Assembly: GCA_038087875.1 (NCBI GenBank)
Contig: CM075993.1
Span: forward strand, 11,658,001-11,722,000
Reading direction: 5' to 3'
Length of the DNA stretch: 64,000 nt
Origin: Malacoraja senta
Taxonomy: Eukaryota
Under the pieces are notes generated by a model, which searched no databases, was not told the DNA's origin, and saw only the letters and a program-made list of their open reading frames with translations. A program made the position numbers and the translations under genes. Below, in pieces: positions 1-11,996 of the stretch (within the stretch, counting starts at the first letter, position 1; each line of letters opens with the position of its first letter).

Positions 1-159
1 TACGTCCTTTTATTCTGAGGCTGTGCCCTCTGGCCCTAGACTCTCAAACTAGTGGAAACATCCTCACCATTTCCTCCTGCCTGCTCCTCCATTTGATAAG
101 ATCTAAATAATCTTCCACCTCAGCACCATATTCCTGCACTAACCCCATGATTTCTTTAG

Positions 160-470
160 AATCATAGAGTCACAGAGTGATACACCATGGAAACAGGCCC
201 TTCAGCCCAACTTGCCCACACCGGCCAACATGTCCCAGCTACACAAGTGCCAACTACTTGGTCCATATCCCTCTAAACCTGTCCTATCCATGTGCCTAAC
301 TGTTTCTTAAACGTTGCAATAGTCCCAGCCTTAATTACCTCCTCTGGCAGCTCGTTCCATACACCCACCACCCTTTGTGTGAAAAATTTACTCCTCAGAT
401 TCCTATTCAATCTTTTCCCCTTCACCTTGAACCTATGTCCTCTGGTCCTCGATTCCCCTACTCTGGGCAT
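160..470 (-). mobile_element. CR1/HER1-type LINE 3' fragment
   Basis: ORF 273-470(-) encodes ESRTRGHRFKV...FFTQRVVGVWNELP, the CR1 ORF2 C-terminus, followed by the GGGCTGAAGGGCCTGTTTCC tail. Confidence 0.9.
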
Positions 471-869
471 GAGATTTCATTTCCAAAATTCTATTCATCT
501 CTGACCTGAATATCCTCAGCGATTGGGTTTTCATTTGCCTCCTTAGTTGAAAATTCCAAGGATTCCCGATTCCCACCCACACCTCCCCCTTCTCCACACA
601 AGGGTGAATAACCAGACAGATTCCGGAGTGGCGCTGGCAGGAGAGACATCCTTGAAAGACAACAATGAGACATTGAGAGATGTCGGGCGAAGCTCTCACA
701 CCCAGCAACGCTGACCTCAAGGCAATCAATACACGCTTCAAAGCTGCCCTGGAAATATTCCTGGCTGTAAGTGCCACGATGATGGCTAATGAAATCCCAG
801 TGATTCACGGAGCAAGTATGATCAAACTGTACAGGAGTCAGGTAAACGGGTAAACAAGTCAAGGGGACC

Positions 870-1425
870 GCATTTAGAATATTGTGTTCAGTTCTGGGCA
901 CCACGTTGTAGGAAAGATATTGTCAAGGGTTCAGAGAAGATTTACGAGGATGTTGCCAGGACTAGAGGTTCTGAGCTATAGGGAGAGGTTGAGTAGGCTG
1001 GATCTCTATTCCATGGAGCACACGAGGATGAGGGGAGATCTTATAGAAGTGTATAAGATCATGAGAAGATGCACAGAATCTGTAGATGCACAGAATCTCT
1101 TGCCCAGAGGAGGTGAATCGAGAATCAGAGGACATAGGTTCAAGGTGAAGAGGAAAAGATTTAATAGGAATCTGAGGGGAAGTTTATTCACACAAAGGGT
1201 GGTGGGTGTATGGAATAAGCTGCCAGAGGAGGTAGTTGAGGCAGGGACTATCCAAATGTTTAAGAAACAGTTAGACAGGTACATGGATAGGCCAGGTTTG
1301 GAGGGATATGGACCAAGCGCAGGTAGGTGGGACTAGTGTAGCTAGGACATGTTGGCCTGTGCGGGCAAGTTGGGCCGAAGGGCCTGTTTCCGCGCTGTTT
1401 CACTCTGTGACTCTATGAGTCTATG
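870..1425 (+). mobile_element. CR1/HER1-type LINE 3' fragment
   Basis: ORF 884-1336 encodes [12 protein letters not shown]...RGDLIEVYKIM...FTQRVVGVWN; tail GGGCCGAAGGGCCTGTTTCC followed by (GACTCTAT)-like repeats. Confidence 0.92.
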
Positions 1426-1616
1426 GCTCTGCCAAGACATCGGGGATTTTGCCAGCTCTAGATATGTTGCCACGTTTCCACAAACCTGGCACAGCTTCAC
1501 TGGGACTCCACGTACAACACTTCAAAGGACATGTGAAGGACACTGTGCTTGACGCTGCAAAGCAGTATGTAACTTCAAAAGTTTGAAGAAAAGGAAACAG
1601 CGTTAGAAGTCATCGA

Positions 1617-2648
1617 ATATCATATTTGTATAATATTAACTTAAATGTAGAAATACCATCTACGGAGGGTATCAGAAGAGACTGGGAACAAGAGTTAGCT
1701 ATTAAAATTTCAAAGGAAAGTTGGAATGAACACTTATTAAACGTGCATAAATGTTCGATTAATGTAAGACACACTTTAATACAATTTAAAATTTTACATA
1801 GATTATATTATTCCAAAACTAAAATCCATAACATTTTCCCAAATGTATCATCCATTTGTGATAAATGTCAATGCTACTATAGCGCACTCATTTGTTTTCT
1901 GTACAAAAATTCAAAAATTTTGGAATGAAATTTTCGAAATCTTTACAAAATTATTTAAAATAAAACTGATACCCAAAGCAGAATGGATTATCTTCGGAAT
2001 AACGGAAGATGGTCCAGAACTAAATGTGTTTCAAAAGAAACTAATAGACTATGGGTTAATAACTGGAAAAAAGCTAATCCTAATATTTTGGAAGAAGGCT
2101 CCAATACCAACTATAAACATGTGGATTTCAAATATGTTCGAAACATTACACCTAGAAGAGATAAGACTCCTCCTAGCAGGTAAACCAGATCACTTCCACC
2201 TGACGTGGTCTGCATTTATAGAATTATTACAAATATAGGGTGCAAAGGTACCTTAAAAAAAATTGAGGTCAGGTAAGGGGGGATGATAGTTGAAGAGTTG
2301 GTATGTCCCATTTGCGTAATGCTCATAAAAATATTTGTTTCTCTCTTTTTCCTCTTTCTCTTTCTCTTTCTTTTCTAGGGTCTATTTCTTAACTCTTTTT
2401 CTTTTGTTTTTAATTTTGTTCTTATAGGGTCTTCGTTCTTTTTTATTGTCACATTTTCTACACTCTCACTTTTTCCTTCACTTTCTTCTTTCTTTCAATC
2501 TCATCCTTTCCTTTTACTAGTGTAAAAAACAAATGGAGTACATTAATTGCAAGAAGACATAAGTGACGAGTACTAATGTATGTGGTTGTAATGTAATGTA
2601 CTTCTAATAAATTAAAAAAATATATATATATTAAAAAAAAAAAAAAAA
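1617..2648 (+). mobile_element. 5'-truncated L1-clade LINE (ORF2 C-terminal Cys-rich region, U-rich 3' UTR, poly-A) with 12-bp TSD
   Basis: Frameshifted ORFs 1626-1928 and 1843-2238 (IQFKILHRLY...CDKC...HSFVFC..IQKFW); AATAAA and poly-A at 2607-2648; AGAAGTCATCGA at 1605-1616 and 2649-2660. Confidence 0.88.
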
Positions 2649-2709
2649 AGAAGTCATCGAGTTACACAGCTTGAAAACTAGCCCTTCAGCCCAACTTGTC
2701 CATGCCCCA

Positions 2710-2795
2710 GACACGCTGGAGTAACTCAGCGGGTCAGGCAGCATCTCTGGAGAGAAGGAATTGGTGACGTTTTGGGTCAAGACCCTTCTTCAGAC
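2710..2795 (-). mobile_element. Penelope-end fragment with degenerate hammerhead motif
   Basis: Reverse complement reads GTCTGAAGAAGGGTCTTGACCCAAAACGTCACC (GAAA changed to AAAA). Confidence 0.7.
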
Positions 2796-3492
2796 AATCT
2801 AAGCTAATTCCATTTGCCTGTGGGTGGCCCATTTCCCTCCGGTCCCTTCCTATCCATGTACCTGTCCAAATATCTTCTAAATGCTCAATGCAATGATTCA
2901 ATGATACGTTATTGTCACCTGTACCTTGATACAGTGAAATGGTTTGTTTTGTATAGAACCCGGTAAAATGATACAGCAGACCTCACCGAAGCAGAACACA
3001 GGAATCGCCATGTCTAGGTGCTGACAAAGTTACAATAGTTCACCGAACAGTCCTATCTACTGCCCACCCCCGTCGGGTCCCTCTTTGTTCTTGGCACCCT
3101 CACCACCCCGCCAGGCCCCACTTCATTTTCGGCGACCCCCCCCCCTCGCTCTTTGGCCCCCCACTCCCTCTGACAGCCCTCCTCGCCCTCCTGCCCTTCT
3201 CCCTCCTCTAATTCTACCACACCCACTGTCAGCTCTTTCCACATTTGCCCACTACCCTCTGTGTGAGGAAGTTGCCCTCTTACCCCAATAGTTTGTTTTG
3301 AGGAGGTGATGAAGGAGATAGATGGAGGTAGGGCGGGGAATGTTGTCTACATTGAGTTTGCTGAAGCTTTTGATGAGGTTCCTTGTGGTAGGCTGAAGCT
3401 AAAAGGCTGGGAGGGCTGTGAGTCTGTTCTTGCAAAGGCTGGCATCGAGTGTACGACCTATGGGCAGAGACACTGAGGCAGGAGATGATGTT

Positions 3493-3778
3493 TTAGTTTT
3501 AGAGACATAGTGTGGAAACAGGCCCTTCGGCCCACCGAGTCTGCACCAACTAGCGATCCCCGCACACTAACCCTATCCTACACACACTAGGGACAAGTTT
3601 ACATTTATACCAAGCCAATTAATCTACAAACCTGTACGTCTTGGAGATCTTGGAGAAAACCCACGCGGTGACAGGGAGCACAGAAAAACTCTGTACAGAC
3701 AGCACCCTTAGTCAGGATCAAACTTGGGTCTCTGGCGCTGCAAGGCAGTAACTCTACCGTTGCGTCACCGTGCCATCC
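3493..3778 (-). mobile_element. HE1-type tRNA-derived V-SINE
   Basis: tRNA-like head, central GTACAGGTTTGTAG..TTAATTGG domain and CR1-type tail. Confidence 0.85.
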
Positions 3779-4544
3779 TTCTCACAGGCTGACAAACCCC
3801 ACTGCCTACAACCACTGCGAATGGGTGGAGACTCCGAACAGCGGTTTTCTCCTCAAGAGCGCAATGCCCCTGTCCCACTTAGGCGATATTTTAGGTGACT
3901 AGCACCATTGAACCATTGGAGGTATAGGTACAATGCGTCAGATGGAGAAAGTGGTGAAGAAGACATTTGAGTGAATAAACGATAATTTATAATCACATAC
4001 GACATGTCACAGTGATATTCTTTATTTTGCATTCACAAGTTAAAAAGTCGCTCTTTCAAGAGAGAGCTAGATTTGGCTCTTGAAGATAGCGGAGTCAGGG
4101 GATATGGGGAGAAGGCAGGAACGGGGTACTGATTGTGGATGATCAGCCATGATCACATTGACTGTCGGTGCTGGCTCGAAGGGCCGAATGGCCGAATGAC
4201 ACCTATTGTCTATTGTCACATGAAGGGCCCTGACAAAGTTACAAAGTAATCCATTTGTGCCCAGTGGACCCTCCTTGTTCTCGCCAGTCACTCCACACTG
4301 GATCCCTCCTTGTTCTCTCGGTGACCCCCCCCCCCACATCGGGTCCCCCTTTGTTCTCGGTGGGGCGTCCTTAACCAAACTCCGACTCCCTCCGTCCTCG
4401 ACTGCCACAGGGTCTTCTCTTGGCGGCTCCTCGGAGCTCACTGGAAGCTTCCCAATGCGCCACCGCGACGCTTACCGAGAACATTTGCCGCCTTTGCCTC
4501 GATTGGGAAAGGTATTAAGTACAAGCCTCGATGGAGAGCAGAAC

Positions 4545-4905
4545 ATTGGCCTGGATAGTGTGGATGTGGAGAGGATGTGTCCACTAGTGGGAGAGTCTGT
4601 GACCAGAGGTCATAGCCTCAGAATTAAAGGACGTTCTTTGAGGAAGATGAGGGGGAATTTCTTTAGTCAGAGGGTGGTGAATCTGTGGATTTCATTGCCA
4701 CAGAAGGCTGTGGAGGCAAAGTCAGTGGATATATCTAAGGCAGAGATTGATAGTTTCTTGATTAGTACGGGTGTCACGGGTTATGGGGAGAAGGCAGGAG
4801 AATGGGGTTAGGCGAGATAGATCAGCCATGATTGAATGGCGGAGTAGACCTGATGGGCCGAATGGCCTAATTCTACTCCTATCACATGATCTTATGATCT
4901 TATGA
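4545..4905 (+). mobile_element. CR1 LINE 3' fragment
   Basis: Encodes VDVERMCPLVGESVTRGHSLRIKG...FSQRVVNLW; tail GGGCCGAATGGCCT. Confidence 0.88.
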
Positions 4906-4909
4906 AGTA

Positions 4910-5210
4910 CTAACCAAGTAACCGTTGCTTTCCCCCTCTCTCCATCCCTCCATCCTTCCCAGTTCTCCCACCAGTCTGACTGTCCCTGATCACATTTTAT
5001 CTCTGTTTGCTTTGTTGTTCCCTTCTCCAAGCTAACAATGATGTATTCTACATTTTCCTTGATCTCCACCCCCTTTGATGTCTTGTTCCCACACCTTGCA
5101 CTTCCTTATCTCTGTATCTCACCCTCCCCTGACTCTCAGTCTGGAGAAGGGTCTCGACCCGAAACGTCACCCATTCCTTCTCTCCAGAGATGTTGCTTGT
5201 CCCACTGAGT
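4910..5210 (+). mobile_element. Penelope-like element 3' region/pLTR (subfamily B)
   Basis: Homologous to 23830-24370(-) and 56415-57100(-); ends CTGGAGAAGGGTCTCGACCCGAAACGTCACCC. Confidence 0.7.
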
Positions 5211-5847
5211 AGACTTTTTTCTGTACAGCTTAGAAGGTTGAGAGGTGACCTTATTGTACAAGATCATGAGAAGCATGGATGAAGTGAATGCTCACAGCCT
5301 TTTTGCCAGAATTGAGGATTCTAAAACTTGACAGCATTGGTTTAAGAGGGGAGAGATTTAAGAGTTACAATTTGGAGTATGAAAAAGGTTGAATTTGAAA
5401 TATTGTATTGCGTTTTGGTCACCCCTGTTGCAGGAAATTTGCCATTAGGCTGTAAAGAGTGCAGAGAGGATTTACGAGGATGTTGCCAGGACTCGGGAGA
5501 GGTGACACATAATGCCGGAGTAACTCAGCGGGACAAGCAGCATCTCTGGAGAGAAGGGATTGGCGACATTTTGAGTCGAGACCCTTGGTCAGACTCGGGG
5601 GAGGTTGGGCAGGCTAGTGCAGGAGGATGATGGGTGATCTTATACAGGTGTTTGAAATCATGAGGGGCTTAGATAGGGTGAATGTTAGGGGAATCGGAGG
5701 TGAGAGGGGAAAGATTTAATAGGAACCCGAGGGGAAACTATTTCACACACAGGGTGGTGGGTAAATAGAATGAGCTGCCAGAGCAGATAGTTGAGGCAGG
5801 TACAATATTTAGAAGCCATTTGGGCAGGTACATGTGTGGAATGGTTC

Positions 5848-6135
5848 AAAGGGACAGAAGTTTAGAGGTAACATTAGGGGGAACTTCTTTACTCAGAGAG
5901 TGGTAGCTGTGTGGAATGAGCTTCCAGTGGAAGTGGTGGAGGCTGGTTCGATTTTATCCTTTAAAAATAGATTGGATGGGTATATGGACGGGAAAGGAAT
6001 GGAGGGTTATGGTCTGAGTGCAGGTAGATGGGACTAGGGGGGAGTATTTTTTTTTTTTTAAATGTTCGGCACGGACTTGAAGGGCCGAGATGGCCTGTTT
6101 CCGTGTTGTAATGGTTATATGGTTATATGGTTATA
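5848..6135 (+). mobile_element. Young CR1/HER1 3' fragment nested in older CR1 sequence
   Basis: Peptide KGQKFRGNIRGNFF...GLSAGRWD is identical to ORF 27231-27431(-); (GGTTATAT)n tail. Confidence 0.88.
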
Positions 6136-6595
6136 TGGGATATGGGCCAAATGTGCACAGGTGGGACTAGCTTGGATGCAGCACCTTGGTTAGCATGGAC
6201 AAGATGGGCTGAAGGGCCTGTATTCATGCTGTATGACTATGAGCAGAGCATTGATAGTACCCAAGTCTCTGGAATAATTAGACGTATAATAAATTGACCA
6301 CATAATTGATTGTTAATGATAATGTACCGTTTGGGAGTAGACATGAAAACCTGTTCAACCACTAATGTCATTTAATTACTAATGGTACTCTGGACTGAGT
6401 TGGATTCCATTTGTTTGTCCCTGCATAGCTTCAATCATATGGTCATAAACAGCTCAACACATTGCCAATCATGCCGATCTAGCAAGGGAATAGGTTGCAA
6501 CAGAATGTTTCACATTGAAGGAGTTAGCATTTACTTACAGCTGGAAGGGAAGTTACAGAAGAAACACACAGCACCGGTCATGAGGAGTGGTGTGA

Positions 6596-6846
6596 GGTCA
6601 AGTCAACTTTATTTGTCACATACACATGCAAGATGTACAGGGAAATTAAAGTGGCAATGTTTGCGGGATTGTGAAAAAACAACGGAACAGGACAGAACCA
6701 GTATTTACGTTAAAATAATAGAAGACGCACCAGTATTTACGCCCTGGTCAGATCCGAGTTTACAGTCCTGATGGCCTGTGGGAAGAAACTCCGTCTCAGC
6801 CTGTCTGTTTTTGCTGTATGACAGCGGAGGTGCTTGCCTGACCGGG
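6596..6846 (-). mobile_element. Rex1/Babar-like LINE 3' end
   Basis: Minus strand encodes SFFPQAIR-like C-terminus followed by GTGACAAATAAA tail. Confidence 0.65.
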
Positions 6847-7032
6847 AGTCAAGAAGGCTCACCAGCGTCTCTTCTTCCTGAGGAGACTAAAGAAGGTCCA
6901 TCTGTCTCCTCAGATTCTGGTGAACTTCTACCGCTGCACCATCGAGAGCATCCTTACCAACTGCATCACAGGTTGGTATGGCAACTGTGATGCAGTTACC
7001 CCACCACTCGCCACATCTTCCCGTCTCCCCCC

Positions 7033-7530
7033 ATGTCTGCCTTCCGCAAAGACCGCTCCCTCCGTAACTCCCTTGTCAATTCTTCCCTTCCCTCCTGTAC
7101 CACCCCCTCCCCAGGTACTTTCCCTTGCAACCGCAAGAGATGCAACACTTGTCCCTTCACCTCCCCCCTCGACTCCATTCAAGGACCTAAGCAGTCGTTC
7201 CAGGTGCGACAGAGGTTCACCTGCATCTCCTCCAACCTCATCTATTGCATCCGCTGCTCTAGATGTCAGCTGATCTACATCGGTGAGACCAAGCGGAGGC
7301 TTGCCGATCGTTTCGCCGAACACCTCCGGTCGGTCCGCAATAACCAACCTGACCTCCCGGTGGCTCAGCACTTCAACTCCCCCTCCCATTCCGTATCTGA
7401 CCTCTCTGTCCTGGGTCTCCTCCATGGCCACAGCGAGCAACACCGGAAATTGGAGGAAATGCACCTCATATTCCGCTTGGGCAGTCTACATCCTGGGGGC
7501 TTGAACATTGAATTCTCCCAATTCTGCTAG
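7033..7530 (+). pseudogene. Penelope GIY-YIG endonuclease domain (C-terminal part of the RT-EN ORF; true start absent)
   Basis: CNRKRCNTC Cys motif followed by NLIYCIRCSRCQLIYIGETKRRLADRFAEH...VAQHF...E...GLN. Confidence 0.9.
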
Positions 7531-7646
7531 CCCTTGCTGTCCCCTCCCCTTCATCAGCCCTCTGGTTGTCTCCTCCCCTCCCCCAGCCGTCATGCTCCTC
7601 CTCCGCCTTTTTTCCTTTTTTCCTTTCTTCTCCCCCACCCCCTATC

Positions 7647-7680
7647 AGTCTGAAGAAGGGTTTCGGCCCGAAACTTTGCC
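7647..7680 (+). ncRNA. Minimal type I hammerhead ribozyme motif (variant with GAAAC-UUU)
   Basis: CTGAAGA-A-GGGT TTCG GCCC-GAAAC-TTT. Confidence 0.5.
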
Positions 7681-8039
7681 TATTTCCTTCGCTCCATAGA
7701 TGCTGCTGCACCCGCTGAGTTTCTCCAGCATTTTTGTGTACCATGGTATGGCAACTGCTCTGTCTCCGACCGGAAAGCACTGCAGAGGGTGGTGAAAACT
7801 GCCCAACGCATCACCGGTTCCTCACTCCCCTCCATTGAGTCTGTCCAGAGCAAGCGATGTCTGCGAAGGGCGCTCAGCATCGTCAAGGACTGCTCTCACC
7901 CCAGCCACAGACTGTTTACCCTCCTCCCATCCGGGAGACACTACAGGTCTCTCCGTTGTCGAACCAGCAGGTTCAGGAACAGCTTCTTCCCTGCGGCTGT
8001 TACACTACTTAACTCTGCACCTCGGTGATTGCCAGTCAC

Positions 8040-8165
8040 CCCACCCCCCCTGGGTGGGGAAGGGGGGGAGGGGGGCGAAGGTGGGGGAGGGGGGGGGAGG
8101 TGGGGGAAGGTTGGGAAGGTGGGGGAGGGAGGGGGAGGCGGTGGAGGGGGGAGGGGTGAAGAGGG
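8040..8165 (+). repeat. G-rich low-complexity tract
   Basis: Many G runs of 4-9 nt separated by 1-3 nt. Confidence 0.9.
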
Positions 8166-9424
8166 AATATATTGAATGCTTTTGTAAGTTTGTTGGCTCC
8201 TTTTACATGGCGACTTTAGCATAAGTACTGTATGCAAACAAAGAATCTCACTGTACCAAGTACACGTGACAATAAAGAATCAATCAATCGATGGATGGAT
8301 CGATCAAATAAACACTCAGGTCTCTTCGGTCCAGAGCTATAGAGTTATTGAGTGGCCCTTTGGCCCTTCATGTCCATACTGACCTTTTTTGCCCACCTAA
8401 ACTGTCTATTAGATCCACATTCCTCTCCTTCTGTGTATTCTCCTGTTTAAATGCATTTCTAAATAATGTTTAAGTGTAGTGATGGTATCTATTGGATAGG
8501 AAGAGTTTAGTGGAGTATGAGCCAAGTGCAGGCAAATGGGACTAGCCCAGAAAGCTAACTTGGTCAGCATGGACAAGGTGGGCTGAAGGGCCTGCTTCCA
8601 GACAGTATAGGTCTATGACTCTACCAAATTCCACCACCTCCTCTGCCGGTGAGTTCAGACCAGTCTCTTTTTGAAACAATTTCCCCTCAAATCATCTTTA
8701 AAGCTTCTTCCTCTCACCTTAAACTGGAAACATAAAATTTAAACCTGCTGTTTTTTTTATCCCTTGCTTGGGATAAAGATTCGGATGATCAATGCCTCTT
8801 AAACTCTTATCTGTCTGTCACCCCCTCAGCCACCAGCACTTCAGGGAAAATAAGCCCATCTCGCCAATCCCTCCCCATAACTGGTCCTTCAATCCAGGCA
8901 ACATCCTGGAGAAACTCCTCCTTAACGCAATCACATGGTTCCTACAGATTCTTCTTTTGTTCTTTAGTCAGAGGGTGGTGTATCTGTGAAATCCTTTGCC
9001 ACAGATGACTGTGGAGGCCGTCAATGGATATTTTTAAGGCAGATATAGATTGAACCTTGATTAGTACGAGTGTCAGGGGTTATGGGGAGAAGGCAGGAGA
9101 ATGGGGTTCGGAGGGAGAGATAGATCAGCCGTGATTGAATGCCGGAGTAGACTTGATGGGCCAAATGGCCTAATTCTGCTCCTAGAACTTATGAACCAGA
9201 GTGGGGGACCAGAACTGCGCTCAATACTGCAAGTGGGGCCAAACCAGTGCTTTATGAAAGGTGCACAGATTATGATGTCCCAACTTTTATATTCTGTGCA
9301 AAACACAAAGTGCTGGAGGAACTCAGCGGGTCAGGCAGCCTGTGCGGAAGCAATGGGCCGGTAATGCTTCAGATGCTGGGTTTAGGCAGGGTGATAAGAC
9401 AGAGAGGTGGAGCTGAGACAAAGG

Positions 9425-11996
9425 AGTTTAGTATAGTTTAGAGATACAGCGCGGAAACAGGGCCTTCAGCCCACCGAGTCCGCACAAACCAGCGATTCAC
9501 ACACTGGGGACAATTTTTTACACATGCATAAAGCCAATGAACCTACATACCTGTACGTCTTTGGAGCGTGGGAGGAAACCAAAGACCTCGGAGAAAACCC
9601 ACGCGGGCAGGGGGAGAACGTGCAAACTCCGTACAGACAGCACCCGTAGTCGGGATCAAACCCAGGTCTCCATGGCTCAGTAAAACTATAAAGGATAGTA
9701 TTCGGCTGAAGGCAAGGGCATATAAGGTAGCTAGAGATAGTGGGAGGGTAGAGGATTGGGAAGCATTTAAAGGTCAGCAAAAAATAACTAAGAGATTAAT
9801 TAAGACGGGGAAAATAGACTATGAAAGGAATTTAGCGAACAACATAAAAACTAATAGTAAGAGTTTTTATAGCTATATAAAAAGAAAAAGGGTGGCTAAG
9901 GTGAACGTTGGTCCATTGGAGGGTGAGACTGGAGAGTTGTTGGTGGGGAACATGGAAATGGCAAAGGCATTAAACGAGTATTTTGTATCAGTCTTCACCA
10001 TAGAAGACACAAAAAATATTCCAACGCTGGATAAACAGGGGGCGGTAGGAATGGAGGAGCTAAATACTATTAAGATCACCAAGGAGGTGGTATTAGGGAA
10101 ATTAATGAGACTGAAGGAGGATAAATCCCCTGGGCCTGATGGATTACATCCAAGGGTCTTGAGGGAGATAGCGGTGGGGATTGTGGATGCATTGGTGATA
10201 ATTTTCCAAAACTCCCTGGAGGCAGGAACGGTCCCAGTGGATTGGAAAATGGCCAATGTAACACCTATATTTAAAAAAGGAAGTAAACAGAAGGCGGGTA
10301 ACTATAGACCGGTTAGTCTAACATCGGTGGTGGGTAAAATGTTAGAGACAATTATTAAAGAAACACTAACGGGGCACTTGGATAAACATGACTTCATCGG
10401 ACAGAACCAGCATGGTTTTGTGAAGGGGAAGTCCTGTTTAACGAATCTGCTCGAATTCTTTGAGGAAGTAACAACCCGGGTGGATAAAGGGGAACCGGTG
10501 GATGTGGTATACTTGGACTTCCAAAAGGCTTTTGACAAGGTGCCACATAAGAGACTATTGCTAAAAATAAAAAATTATGGGATTGGGGGTAATATATTAG
10601 CATGGGTAGAGGATTGGCTAACAAATAGGAAGCAGAGAGTGGGGATAAATGGTTCATACTCGGGATGGCAACCGGTAACTAGCGGGGTTCCGCAAGGGTC
10701 GGTGCTGGGACCCCAGTTGTTCACAATTTATATAAATGATTTGGAGGAGGGAACCAAGTGTAATATATCAAAATTTGCGGACGATACAAAAATGGGAGGA
10801 AAAGTAGGGGATGAGGAGGATAGGAAGAGTCTGCAAAAGGATATAGATAAGCTAGGTGAGTGGGCAACAACTTGGCAGATGAAATTTAAATACTAATAAA
10901 TGTGAAGTCATTCACTTTGGGAAAAAAAATGATAGGGCAAGTTATTTTCTAAATGAGGTGGAGCTGCGTTGTAATGCAACGCAAAGGGATCTAGGGGTAG
11001 TAGTACATGAATCACTAAAAGTTAGTATGCAGGTGCAGCAAGCAATCAGGAAGGCCAATGGAGTTTTGGCCTTTATTGCTAGGGGGATTGAGTATAAAAA
11101 CACGGAGGTCTTGCTGCAGCTGTACACAGTATTAGTGAGACCACATTTGGAATACTGTGTACAGTTCTGGGGTCCATACTTAAGAAAGGATGTACTGGCC
11201 CTGGAGGCAGTGCAGCGAAGGTTTACAAGATTAATTCCTGCAATGAGGGGATTGACATATGAGGAAAGGTTAAGTAGGCTGGAACTCTACTCTTTGGAGT
11301 TTAGAAGAATGAGAGGCGATCTCATTGAAACATATAAGATCGTGAGGGGCCTTGATCGGGTGGATGCACCGAGGATGTTCCCAATGATCGGGGAAACTAG
11401 AACTAGGGGACATAGTTGTAGAATAAGAGGGGGCTCTTTTAAAACTGAGATGAGGAAGAACTTCTTCACCCAGAGGGTGGTTAATTTATGGAATTCACTG
11501 CCCCAGGGAGCAGTGGAAGCAGAAACATTAAATATATTTAAGTCTAAAATAGATGGTTTTTTAGCTGCCAAGGGGATAAGGGGCTACGGGGAGAGGGCAG
11601 GGATATGGACCTAGGTATGGTTAGTATAGTAAGACCTGAGTGATCTCCTGGACAAGTGTCGATCGCCTGGATTGGGGTCGGAGAGGAATTTCCCGGATTT
11701 TTTTCCCGAATTGGACCTGGGTTTTTATCCGTTTTTTTGCCTCCCCCAGGAGATCACGCGGTTCTTGGGGTGGAGAGGGGTGATAGCGATATAAAGGGGA
11801 GGGTAGTGTCTTGTGTTCTGTGTCTTGTGTCTACTGTTTGTGGGTAAGGGTGTCTGTTTAGTGTTCAGCCATGAGCGAATGGCGGTGCGGGCTCGATGGG
11901 CCTGGTGGTCTACTCTCGCACCTACTTTCTATGTTTCTATGTTTCTATGCAAGCGCTGTAAGGCAGCAACTCTACCGCTGCGCCACCATGTCGCCC
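9425..11996 (-). mobile_element. HE1-type SINE split by a CR1 insertion (pieces about 9425-9670 and 11948-11996)
   Basis: SINE body stops at 9670; the head (GTAAGGCAGCAACTCTACCGCTGCGCCACC) resumes after the CR1 tail. Confidence 0.85.
9670..11947 (+). mobile_element. 5'-truncated CR1 LINE, RT domain with one frameshift near 10890
   Basis: ORFs 9568-10896 and 10958-11614: [57 protein letters not shown]; (TTCTATGT)n tail. Confidence 0.96.

Larger units (their letters stand above)
6988..7743 (+). mobile_element. 5'-truncated Neptune-type Penelope-like element with 14-bp TSD
   Basis: TGGTATGGCAACTG at 6974-6987 and 7744-7757; contains the GIY-YIG ORF and the hammerhead-like 3' end. Confidence 0.9.
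6850..8290 (+). mobile_element. Rex1/Babar-like LINE 3' fragment interrupted by a Penelope insertion
   Basis: NFYRCTIESILTNCITGWYGNC resumes after 7757 as ...LQRVVKTAQRITG...LLPSGRHYRS...FRNSFFP; GTGACAATAAA tail near 8270. Confidence 0.85.

Noticed and set aside
615..775. Possible exon ending at GTAAGT
   Set aside because: No plus-strand frame is open across the segment and the peptides are unrecognisable.
9568..10896. Intact autonomous RT gene
   Set aside because: The N-terminus is read-through from an antisense SINE, the endonuclease domain is missing, and there is a frameshift near 10890.
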